41,672 nucleotides of DNA, taken from contig JBQLZK010000064.1 of NCBI GenBank assembly GCA_052168235.1, positions 1-41,672 of the forward strand, read 5' to 3'. Each line of letters opens with the position of its first letter. Within the stretch, counting starts at the first letter, position 1. The position numbers and the translations under genes are program-made. A model generated the notes under the pieces. It did not search any database and had not been told where the DNA came from. It saw only the letters and a program-made list of their open reading frames with translations. This document shows positions 1-11,600 of the stretch, piece by piece. This stretch comes from Thainema sp. GTDB lineage: Bacteria > Cyanobacteriota > Cyanobacteriia > Phormidesmidales > Phormidesmidaceae.

Positions 1-183
1 GAATGGCAGAAGACCGTTGCTCAGGAAATCTGACACAAAATAAGTTGGAACTAGGTTTAGCCCTGTTTCTTTTTCAGACATGCGAACTCCTTGGTTTGCG
101 AGGCTGGATATCATTTGACATTGTTTGCCGTACCCCCAGTATATTTCCCTTAAGAAGGATTACGGTAATGCTACATTACGCTT

Positions 184-411
184 CTATTGAGCTGGACTAA
201 ACTGCCCCAGCTCAACACTGACAGCATCAAAGTGATTATCGCCAGGATGATAGGAAAGGATTTCCAGTCCAATTGGCTCACCCGTCGTTGAGTCTTTAAT
301 TAAGATCACTCCATCCCCTAACTCAGTGCTGATTTGCTCTTTTCTGGGAGGTTGCCAGAAGACTGTTAACAGCTCTGTTTCCGGTTCGTAGAAAACTTTC
401 ACTTGTGCCAT
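184..411 (-). CDS. DUF2283-family small protein
   Basis: 75 aa; 'VFYEPETELLTV...ELGDGVILIKD..GEPIGLEIL' matches the DUF2283 pattern (YD..D.L.I ... G...D..G..GIEI). Confidence 0.7.
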   Translation of the reverse strand: MAQVKVFYEPETELLTVFWQPPRKEQISTELGDGVILIKDSTTGEPIGLEILSYHPGDNHFDAVSVELGQFSPAQ

Positions 412-423
412 AGCGTTAGTGTT

Positions 424-1788
<1,365 letters not shown>

Positions 1789-1884
1789 GATTGATACTCG
1801 GTGGATTAGCCATCAGTTGCCATTATGATCCTAGCTAGCAAATAAGGCTAGCTGGGCAATTTTTTATAAAATCATTGATGTTAC

Positions 1885-1912
1885 GTAGGGGCAAATGGCC
1901 ATTTGCCCCTAC
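1885..1912. repeat. GTAG-type REP palindrome (28 bp)
   Basis: Perfect palindrome GTAGGGGCAAATGGCCATTTGCCCCTAC; related copy at 26792-26819. Confidence 0.8.
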
Positions 1913-1945
1913 AGGACGAACAACAATAAAAGTTTCTTCTAGCCT

Positions 1946-3412
1946 TCATCGAACGGCTTTGAGCGCTTCATAGAGAACCGCATATCGCTCAAACGCTGCT
2001 TCATAGGCTGGATGCTCTTGCGGCTGCACCGCTTCGCTGCTCTGGGGCAGAATCGTGAAGGCTTTTTCCAGGGTTGGATAGGCTCCTGTCCCGACCATTG
2101 CTAGAATTGCCGCTCCATAGGCCGCCCCTTCTTCAGCCTTGGGTGCAACCAGTTCCGTATGCAGCACATCCGCCAGCATGTGAAACCACAGGTGCGATCG
2201 CACTCCGCCTCCGGTAGCCAGTAGTTGATTAACCGGACAAATCTCCTGAATTACGTCTAGCGCCGCTCGCAGGCTAAAAGCAACCCCTTCTAACACCGCC
2301 CGAATCAGATCGCCCTGGTTGTGAGCCAAGGACAAATTGACCCAGGCTCCCCGCGTATCCGGGTCTAGATAAGGACTGCGCTCTCCAGCTAGGTGGGGCA
2401 GGAACAGCACGCCGCGCGATCCCGGTTGCGACTGTTCCGCCAGCGTCATCAAATCAGTAAACGGAATTTCACGCGCAAAGGTGTCGCGATACCAGCGCAG
2501 CGCACCGCCCGCTGCCAGCGTCACGCCCAGCAGATGATAGCCCCCGTCTGCGTGGCAGAAGAGATGGACTCGCCCTTCCGGATCGGGAGTAGCGCGATCG
2601 CAGGGGGCAAAAATCACGCCCGATGTGCCAATGCTCAAACTGCCGCGATTGAGATTACGGTCGGAAATGCCCAAACCAATGGCCGCCGCCGCATTGTCAC
2701 CGCCACCAGCCACCACGGGTAAGCCTACGGGTAGGCCAATCTGCTCAGCCAGCTCGGGTTTCAGCCGTCCAGCAACAGCGGTTGATTCGACCACAGGAGG
2801 AAATAAGTCAGGACTAATATTGAGCGCATCCAAAATTTCTTGATCCCACTGCCGACTGGCCAAGTTTAAACAGCCAATGCCGGACGCATCGGAGGGTTCC
2901 GTCACGGCTTCTCCGGTTAGGACGTAACCCAGGTAATCTTTGGGGAGCAGCACTTGCTTAACCTGTTCATAAGCTTGGGGTTCGTGCGATCGCAACCAGA
3001 CCAGCTTAGGCAGTTGAAATCCGGTAATCGCCGGATTTCCTGTGCGCTGAATCAGATCTGAGCGAGGAACGGTCGCTTCAATCTCAGCAACCGCTTCACC
3101 TGTCCGCTGGTCGTTCCACAAGATAGCGGGTCGAATCACCTGTCCAGCCTGATCCAGCGGCACCATGCCGTGCATTTGTCCCGACAGTCCCAAGCCGATT
3201 ACCGACTGACCATCCAGTTGTTGAGCCACCTCGGTTAGGGCATTCAAGCTAGCATCCACCCAATCGGCTGGATGCTGCTCTGTCCAACCGGGATGAGGGG
3301 TTAGCAACGGATAATTTTTTGTGGTTTGAGCAATTACTTGACCCTGTAAGTTAACTGCGATCGCACGTACGCCACCAGTGCCCAAATCTAAACCAATTAC
3401 AACATCAACCAA
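1946..3412 (-). CDS. xylB: Xylulokinase (FGGY family)
   Basis: [37 protein letters not shown] motifs; TTG start preceded by GGAGG. Confidence 0.9.
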   Translation of the reverse strand: MVDVVIGLDLGTGGVRAIAVNLQGQVIAQTTKNYPLLTPHPGWTEQHPADWVDASLNALTEVAQQLDGQSVIGLGLSGQMHGMVPLDQAGQVIRPAILWNDQRTGEAVAEIEATVPRSDLIQRTGNPAITGFQLPKLVWLRSHEPQAYEQVKQVLLPKDYLGYVLTGEAVTEPSDASGIGCLNLASRQWDQEILDALNISPDLFPPVVESTAVAGRLKPELAEQIGLPVGLPVVAGGGDNAAAAIGLGISDRNLNRGSLSIGTSGVIFAPCDRATPDPEGRVHLFCHADGGYHLLGVTLAAGGALRWYRDTFAREIPFTDLMTLAEQSQPGSRGVLFLPHLAGERSPYLDPDTRGAWVNLSLAHNQGDLIRAVLEGVAFSLRAALDVIQEICPVNQLLATGGGVRSHLWFHMLADVLHTELVAPKAEEGAAYGAAILAMVGTGAYPTLEKAFTILPQSSEAVQPQEHPAYEAAFERYAVLYEALKAVR

Positions 3413-3951
3413 TCTAACCTCCCGATTTCAAATCGCAATATGACGGTCTCATCTCAAATCCATGTGTAAAAAACCAATTTATAAACATAAATCATCGGGT
3501 TTAACCGGACTTCGGATACCTAAAATGGGGATTGCTGATTCATGTGCTGCATCTTGCTGATTGAAACTCAGAGCAGCTATTGTGCTACTGCATCGTGGCA
3601 GTACAGTAACCGTTGTGGATGTTGGTGCAAGCCGTGAGTTTCTTCACAACCCCATACAACCGTCATTCTACGCAGTTATCTGTACAGTTTTCATCTGCAT
3701 CAAGGAGAGAGTTTGCCCGCTGAGCGCTACATCAGCAGGAGTTTCAGCTACTTCGATGAAGGTTGCCGTCGTTGTCTCTGGCTGAACCTGGTTTGTAGCT
3801 GTTGTTGCTTCGTTGGCGTGGGAAGTAATCACAGCAGTCAGTTAAATCAATGTCACAGTAGAGTGAAGGCTTGCGATCGCACCGAAAGAGCTATGGTGCT
3901 CAGTTCATTCGTGTTATATTTGTTTTATCCATTGAAAGCGACACGAATAAA

Positions 3952-4314
3952 ATGCGTTTATCAGCTCTGTACCAGGAGCAGCAACAGCTTCAAGATCAGA
4001 TTGAACAACTGCTTCAGGCGGGTGACTGCCTACAGGGTGTGCGTTTAGAATTCACGCCCGCTGGGGGTACCGCTTCTGACAACGCCAAGCAAACCTGTAG
4101 GTATGCTCGGCTGAGAGCTGGACGATGTAAGCTACTGGACAATGGCAAAAAGAGTAAATATATTCAACTCCATCAAATTGCAGAATACAAAGCTGCGATC
4201 GCACGTGGAAAACAGTTGACTCGTCTGACCCGTCGCCTCAGGAAAGTCGAAGCAGAAATCGCCAAAATTGAAGCAGTTGCTCGGGAGTTGGGTTTAGAAC
4301 TGCCGTCGGATTGA
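3952..4314 (+). CDS. Hypothetical basic coiled-coil protein (120 aa from ATG 3952)
   Basis: Clean ORF with N- and C-terminal heptads and a central 'YARLR...NGKKSKYI' beta-like segment; ATG 3952 preferred over TTG 3871. Confidence 0.6.
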   Translation: MRLSALYQEQQQLQDQIEQLLQAGDCLQGVRLEFTPAGGTASDNAKQTCRYARLRAGRCKLLDNGKKSKYIQLHQIAEYKAAIARGKQLTRLTRRLRKVEAEIAKIEAVARELGLELPSD

Positions 4315-4411
4315 GTGTCGAGTATCAGGTGTGGGTGCGGATTAAGATCACGACGGTTGCTGTTGAGGGTGGCTAGCATGGGTGCGATCGCAGAATTTTG
4401 CATTAAAAGCT

Positions 4412-5308
4412 ATGACTCACTCTCCTCAATCTTCCACCTCTCAACCTGCTCCCCAACGTCCCCCGCTGTCCCAACCAAAAGCGGAAGCAGATGACAAGAA
4501 GCTAGAAATCATTAGTTCTGCTACTAGCCAAGGGTTTCGGGTCGATATCTTGGCCTATAAAAACCTATCTGGCAGCAATGATCCGGCAACTGCTCAAGAT
4601 ATTCACTACGCGAATCAAACTGGACTGAAGCTGAAGCAAGTTCGTATTATGCTCAACAACAGCGACGCAATTGTTGAGGCAGGTGCGCTGCACTATATGC
4701 ATGGTCGCATTGAGATGGATAACGCAGTAGGCGGTATCGGCGGTCTTGGCAAAGCCATGTTCAAGAAAATGCTGACGAATGAGACGGCGTTTACACCTCG
4801 CTATAGCGGTACCGGATCGATCTTTCTGGAACCATCTTTTGGCGATTTCTTGATCTACCAGCTCAATAATGAAGAAGTCATTTGTGATAAAGGAATGTTC
4901 TACTGTGGCGAAAGTTCTCTTCAGGTGGGCGTCGCCGCTCAGCGCAATGTCTCGTCGGCGGTGTTTGGTGGTGAAGGGTTCTTCCAAACGCAGATTAATG
5001 GCAGCGGTCTTTGTGTTCTGGAACTGCCAGTGCCAATGGATGAAGTGCGCTGTGTGCAGCTTAATAACGAGACGCTACAAGTGGATGGTAACTTTGCCCT
5101 GATGCGCACGGGCAATATTCAATTCAGCGTTGAGAAATCGGCTAAAAGTCTGCTGGGCGCAATGAGTAGCGGTGAAGGCTTGCTGCAAACGTTTCGAGGT
5201 ACAGGTCGGGTTTGGCTGGCTCCCACTCAGTCCATTTACGATCGGATGCGCTATGGCGGCCTTAGCAGTCTCAGTAGCGCCCAGCGCTCAGCTCGTACGC
5301 AGACCTAG
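4412..5308 (+). CDS. AIM24-family protein
   Basis: EAGALHYM, Y.GTGSIFLEP, GGEGFFQT, GEGLLQTFRGTGRVW repeats typical of AIM24; ATG at 4412. Confidence 0.85.
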   Translation: MTHSPQSSTSQPAPQRPPLSQPKAEADDKKLEIISSATSQGFRVDILAYKNLSGSNDPATAQDIHYANQTGLKLKQVRIMLNNSDAIVEAGALHYMHGRIEMDNAVGGIGGLGKAMFKKMLTNETAFTPRYSGTGSIFLEPSFGDFLIYQLNNEEVICDKGMFYCGESSLQVGVAAQRNVSSAVFGGEGFFQTQINGSGLCVLELPVPMDEVRCVQLNNETLQVDGNFALMRTGNIQFSVEKSAKSLLGAMSSGEGLLQTFRGTGRVWLAPTQSIYDRMRYGGLSSLSSAQRSARTQT

Positions 5309-5396
5309 TGTTATGTCAGATGAGTTTTGATGGTTGATATGCTGCACTCAGTGCATATCAACCATCAAAACTCATTAAAACAAAGTTGACAGACTA
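5306..5396. mobile_element. MITE-like element with 23-bp perfect internal inverted repeat
   Basis: Ends TAGTGTTATGTCA / TGACAGACTA; arm ATGAGTTTTGATGGTTGATATGC (5320-5342) and its exact complement (5353-5375); lies between convergent genes. Confidence 0.55.
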
Positions 5397-5456
5397 CCAA
5401 TGCTCGGTTGGTTTAAAGAAGGATTGGGGAAACGTTTCCCCCAGTTTCGTTTGGTT

Positions 5457-6638
5457 TCACAGTCTGCGTTGGGGAGGTGGGGTGATGCCCCATTTGCTGA
5501 GGCTGGTTTCTAGTTCGCGCAGGAGTTCGAAATCTTCAGCGGGCAAGGAGTCAGCCGGATTGAATCTGGCATCCTGCATCAGAAAGCCAAAGGCTTGCCG
5601 AAACTGCTGGGGCGTGGCTGCAATGGGCGCATCTAAGTGGCAAGGGATGATGCGCTGGAAGTCCCACTGACAGACTTGATCAACCCAATCGATAACAATT
5701 TCTGGGCCACGGCTAAAGATCAGCGTTTGCAAAACGGGAGCGACAAAGAGACGACCGCCGCCGTATAGGGCGTTAAACGATTCGTGCCAGGTGGTTCGCC
5801 AGCGGAAGGGAAATAGCCCGAAGTAGTTGCGCTTGGAGCGGTCGGGGGCTTTGATTGCGTTTTGAATAGTTTCTCGAAGGCTAGGTACTTCTAAGGTGCT
5901 AGGCCGGAAATAGAAGGCAAATAGCACAATACGATGCCAGCCTTTACGACGATTGATCGAGGTGTCATTGACGTAGTCTAGTTCAGTCTCACGGGCGTGG
6001 AAGAGAAGTGGAAAGGGATCAAGCTGCACGATGGGTGGCGGATCGTAGGGAATCGACTGTACGGAGTCGGTAACCAATAGTGTTTGCGATCGCTTATGGA
6101 AAAAGGCCACCTCTTCAAAGGGGCCAAGGCCCAGATTGATTGGCCCCAAGGCCCGATAGTCAAACTCATCCGCAAACGGCACTGAACGACTATCTTCGGG
6201 CAGTACATAGGTGCGATCTCCTGGAAACCCGAGCCAACTGAGCGGCAAATTAATGGGGAAACTCCATTGATTTGCCGCTACATAGACCTGTGCCTCTGGA
6301 AACTGGCGAGCAAACGGGCCAACAAAGACTTTGTGTTCTAGTCCCGAAACGGTGGGCAGAATGATGTAGCGCACTGCACCGTGGATGGCTTCTAGCTCTC
6401 GCATCAAGTGAATACATTCTGGCGTTGGTGCCACAGGTGCATAGACCAGCAGCCCGCCGGTTTCCAGCCGCACCACCGTCATCCGAATGGGCACGACAAC
6501 GTAAAAAATTCCCTGCGGCTGATCAAATGTCCAAATTGTGTCTTTGACCACTTCTTGGCGAAGCGTCTGACGCTTGCCATAGGGATAGAGCGGCACAATT
6601 GGCCAAAACGGCCAGGAGAGCTCGGTTGAAGTTAGCAT
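5457..6638 (-). CDS. DUF4336-family protein
   Basis: WPFWPIVPLYPYG, IRMTVVRL..GGLLVYAPVAPT, GLEHK, IIPCH motifs. Confidence 0.85.
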   Translation of the reverse strand: MLTSTELSWPFWPIVPLYPYGKRQTLRQEVVKDTIWTFDQPQGIFYVVVPIRMTVVRLETGGLLVYAPVAPTPECIHLMRELEAIHGAVRYIILPTVSGLEHKVFVGPFARQFPEAQVYVAANQWSFPINLPLSWLGFPGDRTYVLPEDSRSVPFADEFDYRALGPINLGLGPFEEVAFFHKRSQTLLVTDSVQSIPYDPPPIVQLDPFPLLFHARETELDYVNDTSINRRKGWHRIVLFAFYFRPSTLEVPSLRETIQNAIKAPDRSKRNYFGLFPFRWRTTWHESFNALYGGGRLFVAPVLQTLIFSRGPEIVIDWVDQVCQWDFQRIIPCHLDAPIAATPQQFRQAFGFLMQDARFNPADSLPAEDFELLRELETSLSKWGITPPPQRRL

Positions 6639-6833
6639 CGGGTTGAATTGATTCTTTTAGGTCGGAAATAGTTGGATCAGGAGTCTGGGCAAGAACCCGG
6701 CTATTTTTGTCTAGCGCTTGCAGTATAAGCCTTTACAAAAGATAGCGTGGGTTTTCTACCCGATTGATATTAGTCTATCGCCAACATATCGCTAGCGGTG
6801 ACACAGTAAACCACTCAATATTGTACGTGTTAC

Positions 6834-7850
6834 TTAACTTGCGCTACAGCATTGATTGCGACCGTTGGCTTTCGCTTGATAGAGCGCTTGATCCGCGCGC
6901 TCTAACACATCGTCGATGCGACTGTCTGCTTTGTGGGATTCGGCTATCCCGACGCTGATCGTCACCTGTAGGCTCGATGTCTGCTCGCTGGCTTGATCGG
7001 CTGTTTCGGCTGTTAAGGAATGGGGTTGTGTCGGTTTACTTTTAACTGGAAACGTGAGCTTAGCAGTCCGCTGTCGTAGTCGTTCACCGACAGTTGCAGC
7101 GGCAATTAACGGTGTTTCTGGTAAGAGCAGGGCGAACTCTTCCCCTCCATATCGACCGATCAGATCGACTTGACGCAGCGTTTCAGCCAGCGCCTGGGCA
7201 ACGCCAGATATGACTTGATCGCCGACCTGATGGCCGTAGCTGTCATTGACTGCTTTGAAGTGATCAATATCTATCATCAGCGCCGAAAATACTAAGTTAT
7301 AGCGCTGCGATCGCACATACTCTAGTTCAGCCTGTTCAAAGAAATAGCGACGATTACTGACATTCGTTAAGGGATCAACCTGCGAGAGCCGTTCTGCTTT
7401 CTCTAGGGCAATCTGTAGCTTTTGGCTCGTTTGCTTGAGCTGATCTGTGGTGTGCTTCAGTAGGAGATGGGTTTTAATCCGGGCCAGGAGTTCGAGTTTC
7501 TGAAACGGTTTAGTCACATAATCAACGGCACCAATTTGAAATGCTTCCAGGATATGCTCCTGCGCTTGACTCGCCGTGAGGAAAATGACTGGAATATTGT
7601 GATACTCAGGATGTGCCTGTAGCTGTTGGCATACCGACATGCCGCTCATATCCGGCATCATCAAATCTAACAAGATCAGATCGGGCCGTGCCTGTTTGAC
7701 TTGCTGCATGACCTGCTTACCTTGGGTCGCGAAGCTTGTCTCATAGCCAGCATCCTTTAGCATCTGGCCCACGATCTTGAGATTTGTGGAAGAATCATCA
7801 ACGACCAGGATTGAAAAATGTTGTGGCTGAAACGATAACAGTTTGAGCAT
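6834..7850 (-). CDS. Response regulator-diguanylate cyclase (REC-GGDEF)
   Basis: ILVVDD...DLILLDLMMP...KPF receiver domain; DIDHFK, RQVD I-site (RxxD) and GGEEF active site. Confidence 0.93.
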   Translation of the reverse strand: MLKLLSFQPQHFSILVVDDSSTNLKIVGQMLKDAGYETSFATQGKQVMQQVKQARPDLILLDLMMPDMSGMSVCQQLQAHPEYHNIPVIFLTASQAQEHILEAFQIGAVDYVTKPFQKLELLARIKTHLLLKHTTDQLKQTSQKLQIALEKAERLSQVDPLTNVSNRRYFFEQAELEYVRSQRYNLVFSALMIDIDHFKAVNDSYGHQVGDQVISGVAQALAETLRQVDLIGRYGGEEFALLLPETPLIAAATVGERLRQRTAKLTFPVKSKPTQPHSLTAETADQASEQTSSLQVTISVGIAESHKADSRIDDVLERADQALYQAKANGRNQCCSAS

Positions 7851-7878
7851 CTAATCTTCGATCTTTAGACTGACTGGG

Positions 7879-7978
7879 TATGGCACTACGTCCGTGGCTA
7901 GGACATATATTTTGAGAAAAGTCGCGCTCCGCGCAGTTTTCTTAAAATATTGGTTTGTTTTGAGCGCATAGCGCTATA
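7879..7978. mobile_element. TA-bounded MITE-like repeat with central hairpin
   Basis: Imperfect ends TATGGCACTACG / CATAGCGCTATA; central ATATTTTGAGAAAA..GCGCTCCGCGC..TTTTCTTAAAATAT. Confidence 0.5.
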
Positions 7979-8187
7979 ACCATACGTACGATTTGCCAAT
8001 GGTAGCCCAATGAAAGAAAGAAAGCCGTTTAGTCAAACAAGGTAGTCGAATCGGGCAATATCTGAGAGCCGTGTTAGAGACAGTTTTTTGAACGTGCTAC
8101 CGGATCTCGATTATGCCCCTAGGTCTCCCATTCTATCGATTGACTTGGCTCAGATGCAGAATTTCCATCGTTCTGTTGAGATCCGGC

Positions 8188-9153
8188 TCATTTTGAGGTT
8201 AGAGCTGGAATGACTGTTTCACCACACATATCAATGAACTGAGTTTGAGCGGTGTTGACATTGTGCAAGATCAGTTCATCAAAGCCCAGTTCAATATCCG
8301 TTCTCAGCCAGTCAATGTGCTGCTGCGGATCAGCTGAAACCCGCACATGGTCGTCAATATCTTCTGGTGTAACAAATGCTCCAGCCGCATCAAATTGTTC
8401 CACAGTGCGAATTTCGGTAAGTAATACGCTTTTAAAAATATTGTTGCGCCACTGTTGGTGCGCTCCCAACTGAGCCGCTTCCTGAGTGCGATCGTAGGAA
8501 AGCTGCACCTTGAGAATCATCGGCTTGCCCTCGCCACCGCCGCGCCGAAAGGCATCGACAACGGACTTCAGCTTTTCGGGAGGACGGGACGTGGTGATCA
8601 GCCCATCGGCCCAACTGCCCAACCATTCAGCCGTTTTGGGTGTAATTGCCGCGCCGATGATCTTGGGCTGATAGTCAGGACGGGTATAGAGTTTGGCATC
8701 TTCCACTTGCACTAGACCGTGATGGTTAACCAGTTCTCCGGCCCAAAGGGCGCGAATGATGTCTACGCATTCCTTTAAACGAGAGTTGCGATCGCACTTA
8801 CTCGGCCAGTGAGTACCCGTAATATGCTCATTCAGCGCCTGACCACTGCCCACCGTCAGCCAAAAGCGGTGCGGGAACATCTCCATCAGCGTCGCTGTCG
8901 CCTGCGCAATAATTGCGGGATGATACCGCTGCCCCGGTGCATTGACCACGCGAAAGTGCAGATTCGTAGCCTGCATCGCTGCCCCAAGCCACGACCAAGC
9001 AAAGCCACTTTCGCCCTGGTCTGTTCCCCAAGGCAGAAAGTGGTCAGACGATAGAGCATGGGTGAAGCCTGCTTGCTCAGCCCGCTGCACCCATTGCAGA
9101 AGCTGACTGGGTTTGAACTGTTCGTGAGATATGTGATAGCCGATGTGAGGCAT
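8188..9153 (-). CDS. LLM-class flavin-dependent oxidoreductase (G6PDH-F420-like, TIGR03885-type)
   Basis: GYHISHEQF, SDHFLPW, FAWSWLGA, RYHPAIIAQ, GQALNEHITG. Confidence 0.85.
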   Translation of the reverse strand: MPHIGYHISHEQFKPSQLLQWVQRAEQAGFTHALSSDHFLPWGTDQGESGFAWSWLGAAMQATNLHFRVVNAPGQRYHPAIIAQATATLMEMFPHRFWLTVGSGQALNEHITGTHWPSKCDRNSRLKECVDIIRALWAGELVNHHGLVQVEDAKLYTRPDYQPKIIGAAITPKTAEWLGSWADGLITTSRPPEKLKSVVDAFRRGGGEGKPMILKVQLSYDRTQEAAQLGAHQQWRNNIFKSVLLTEIRTVEQFDAAGAFVTPEDIDDHVRVSADPQQHIDWLRTDIELGFDELILHNVNTAQTQFIDMCGETVIPALTSK

Positions 9154-9156
9154 GGT

Positions 9157-10785
9157 TTAAGTTGGTTCCTCCCTCGTAACTTCAAACCAGCGGTAACCAT
9201 AGGAGGCAAGCGGCATGTCCTGTGCAGGCGGATCGTAGGGCTGGTCGCTGAAGATTTCGACCCAATTGCTCAGGTGATTGGCCTCAAGCGTGGCAGTGCA
9301 GGGCTGCTCAGAAAAGTTGTGAACCGTCAGGATCGCTTGATCGGGCAAGTAGCAGCACAGAGCAAAGATGCAGGATGTATCGGTTCTAATCACCTCCCAA
9401 TCGCCTCGACCAATGACAAAGTACTGCTTGCGCATGCGGACAAGCCTCTCAATCCAGTTGATCAGAGCATGGGGATCGCGCTGCTGACTGGTGACGTTGA
9501 CGTTGGAGTAGCCATATTCGCCTTCGGTAATCATGGGCCGAGGCAGCTGATCAGCCGGAGCAGGTGAGAACCCTCCGTTTTCGGTATCGGCCCACTGCAT
9601 CGGCGTGCGGACGCTGTTGCGGCCTTCTAACGAAAGATCGTCGCCCATACCGATCTCGTCACCATAGCGGAGTAGGGGAGTACCCGGCAGACTAAACAGC
9701 AGACTATAGATCAGCTCGATGCGATCTCGTTTGTTGTTGACCATTGGCGTCAGTCGGCGACGGATGCCCCGGCCATAAATCTGCATATCAGGTTCAGGGG
9801 CAAACGCTTGAAAAATTTCCTGGCGCTCATCATCACTCAGATGATTGAGGTTAAGTTCGTCATGGTGGCGAACGAAGTTAAGCCACTGGGTGCGATCCGG
9901 AATCTTTGGTACTAAGTTCAGCCCATGTTCTAACTCCTTGGCTTCTTGTCGGGCCAAAGCCAAAAACATATGCTGGTTCAGCAAAAAGTTGAACAGCATT
10001 TGCATGCGCTCGCCCTCGCCAAAATAGAAGGGAATCTGATCCGGTTTGACATTGGCTTCGGCCACCAAAATAGCGTCGCTACGGTTCAGCCGCACAAAAT
10101 CATACATCTCTGGAATAAACTGGCCTAAATCTTCAGCCCGAGCCCCTTCAATTCCCAGAGGTTCAATCAAGTAGGGCGCGGCATCTACGCGAAAGCCAGA
10201 TGCACCCAGCTCTAGCCAAAACCCCATAATTTTACAGATTTCTTCCCGTACGGCAGGGTTGGCAATATTCAGGTCAGGCTGCTCTTTGTAAAAGCGATGC
10301 AGGTAATAGGCTCCGGCCTGCTCGTCATATTCCCACAGACTCTCTTGCTTACCGGGGAATGCGACGGCATCAGCCCCTTTTTCAGGTGGATTTTCTCGCC
10401 ACACATAGTATTCGCGAAAGGGAGAGTCAGGATCTGATCGCGATGCCTGAAACCACGGATGCTGATTGGACGTGTGATTGACGACCAAATCCAGTAGCAC
10501 TCGAATGCCCCGCTCTTCTGCTTGATGCATAAATTCAACAAAATCTCCTAGGGTGCCCAAGCGAGAGTCCACGTTGTAGTAATCAACGATGTCATAGCCG
10601 TTGTCGCGATTAGGAGTGGGATAAAACGGCAGTAGCCAAAGACAGGTTGTTCCTAAGCCAGCCAAATAGTCTAATTTGGCTGATAAACCCCGAAAATCGC
10701 CAATACCGTCACCATTAGCATCAAAAAACGTCTCCACATCCAATGAATAGAAGATTGCGTTTTTGTACCAGGAGGGTTGCATCAT
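9157..10785 (-). CDS. GH13 trehalose synthase/alpha-amylase-family protein (TreS-like)
   Basis: WYKNAIFY, DGIGDF, DNGYD, DLVVNHTS, GFRVDA (nucleophile D), AEAN (acid/base E), RHHDEL, GIRRRL. Confidence 0.85.
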   Translation of the reverse strand: MMQPSWYKNAIFYSLDVETFFDANGDGIGDFRGLSAKLDYLAGLGTTCLWLLPFYPTPNRDNGYDIVDYYNVDSRLGTLGDFVEFMHQAEERGIRVLLDLVVNHTSNQHPWFQASRSDPDSPFREYYVWRENPPEKGADAVAFPGKQESLWEYDEQAGAYYLHRFYKEQPDLNIANPAVREEICKIMGFWLELGASGFRVDAAPYLIEPLGIEGARAEDLGQFIPEMYDFVRLNRSDAILVAEANVKPDQIPFYFGEGERMQMLFNFLLNQHMFLALARQEAKELEHGLNLVPKIPDRTQWLNFVRHHDELNLNHLSDDERQEIFQAFAPEPDMQIYGRGIRRRLTPMVNNKRDRIELIYSLLFSLPGTPLLRYGDEIGMGDDLSLEGRNSVRTPMQWADTENGGFSPAPADQLPRPMITEGEYGYSNVNVTSQQRDPHALINWIERLVRMRKQYFVIGRGDWEVIRTDTSCIFALCCYLPDQAILTVHNFSEQPCTATLEANHLSNWVEIFSDQPYDPPAQDMPLASYGYRWFEVTREEPT

Positions 10786-11136
10786 GAGGGAGGGGGGATA
10801 GGTGGGTAGGGGGAGTGGGAGGGTAGGAGGGTGGATGGGTAGGAATTGGGTATTAGGTATCTATAGCGTTTCTTGCGCTAATAAAGGGGGAATTATTTTT
10901 TAGAAGCCGCGCGGAGCGCGGCTTCTAAAAAATAACCTGTACCTCAGCAGCCCAGGAAAGGCTATAGTAGGTGTTAGGGATTGGGGGTTGAACTTTTGGT
11001 ACTGGGGGGTCAAAAGTCGGGGCTGGAGGCTAGAGGCTGTTACTGGGTAAAGACCTTTAAGCTACTAACCTAATACCCAGCACCTAACATCTAGTACCTA
11101 ACACCGAGTACCCTCTTAACCTCCTACCCATCCACG
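10786..11136. repeat. STRR-type heptamer and G-rich tracts in inverted arrangement
   Basis: GGTAGGA/GGTATTA-type units on the left and complementary TAATACC/CCTACCC units on the right, flanking the 10861-10967 element. Confidence 0.65.
10861..10967. mobile_element. CTATAG-bounded MITE-like element with 20-bp perfect hairpin
   Basis: Ends CTATAGCGTTTC / GAAAGGCTATAG; TTATTTTTTAGAAGCCGCGC-GGA-GCGCGGCTTCTAAAAAATAA at 10893-10935. Confidence 0.65.
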
Positions 11137-11511
11137 TCAACATGCATACGCTGTCGTGCTCAAAAGGGCGCTTTCGACTTGGCGGGAGTCGAGGCGGGTG
11201 TGCTGGACAATGATGGGAACGTCGGAGGTCAGGACGCTGGCGTAGTCGGTGCCTCGGGGGATGGGTTCGGGATCTTGCAGATCATTGAACCGCATGTGTT
11301 TGGTGCGGCGAGATGGCACAGTGATGCGATAGGGGCCGACAGGTTCGCGATCGCTAAAGTAGATCATGATTTCTACATGGGCATCTTGGTCGCAGGTGTT
11401 GAGTAAGCAGGCGGTTTCGTGGCTGATGAATTCTTTGGGCCGATCGGTGTCATCGGGTGGAATATAGCCTTCTGCGATCGCCCAGCGGGTTGTGCCGATT
11501 GGTTGAGTTAT
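11137..11511 (-). CDS. Anabaena sensory rhodopsin transducer (ASRT/DUF1362) family protein, full length from an ATA codon
   Basis: Frame stays open upstream of the track ORF: (I)TQPIGTTRWAIAEGYIPP...SHETACLLN...YFSDREPVGPY...VPIIVQHTRLDSRQ, matching ASRT end to end; first codon is ATA at 11511-11509. Confidence 0.85.
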   Translation of the reverse strand: MTQPIGTTRWAIAEGYIPPDDTDRPKEFISHETACLLNTCDQDAHVEIMIYFSDREPVGPYRITVPSRRTKHMRFNDLQDPEPIPRGTDYASVLTSDVPIIVQHTRLDSRQVESALLSTTAYAC

Positions 11512-11600
11512 GGGAGGAGGTGAGGGTTAGGTACTAGGTATTAGGTTGAGGGTGAGTGGTTCGGGGGAAGTTGATGGGTTAATGCCTGGCTAGTGTCTAG

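Noticed and set aside
8188..9153. True F420-dependent glucose-6-phosphate dehydrogenase
   Set aside because: No F420 biosynthesis genes are in the window and the cofactor cannot be assigned from motifs; called only as LLM family
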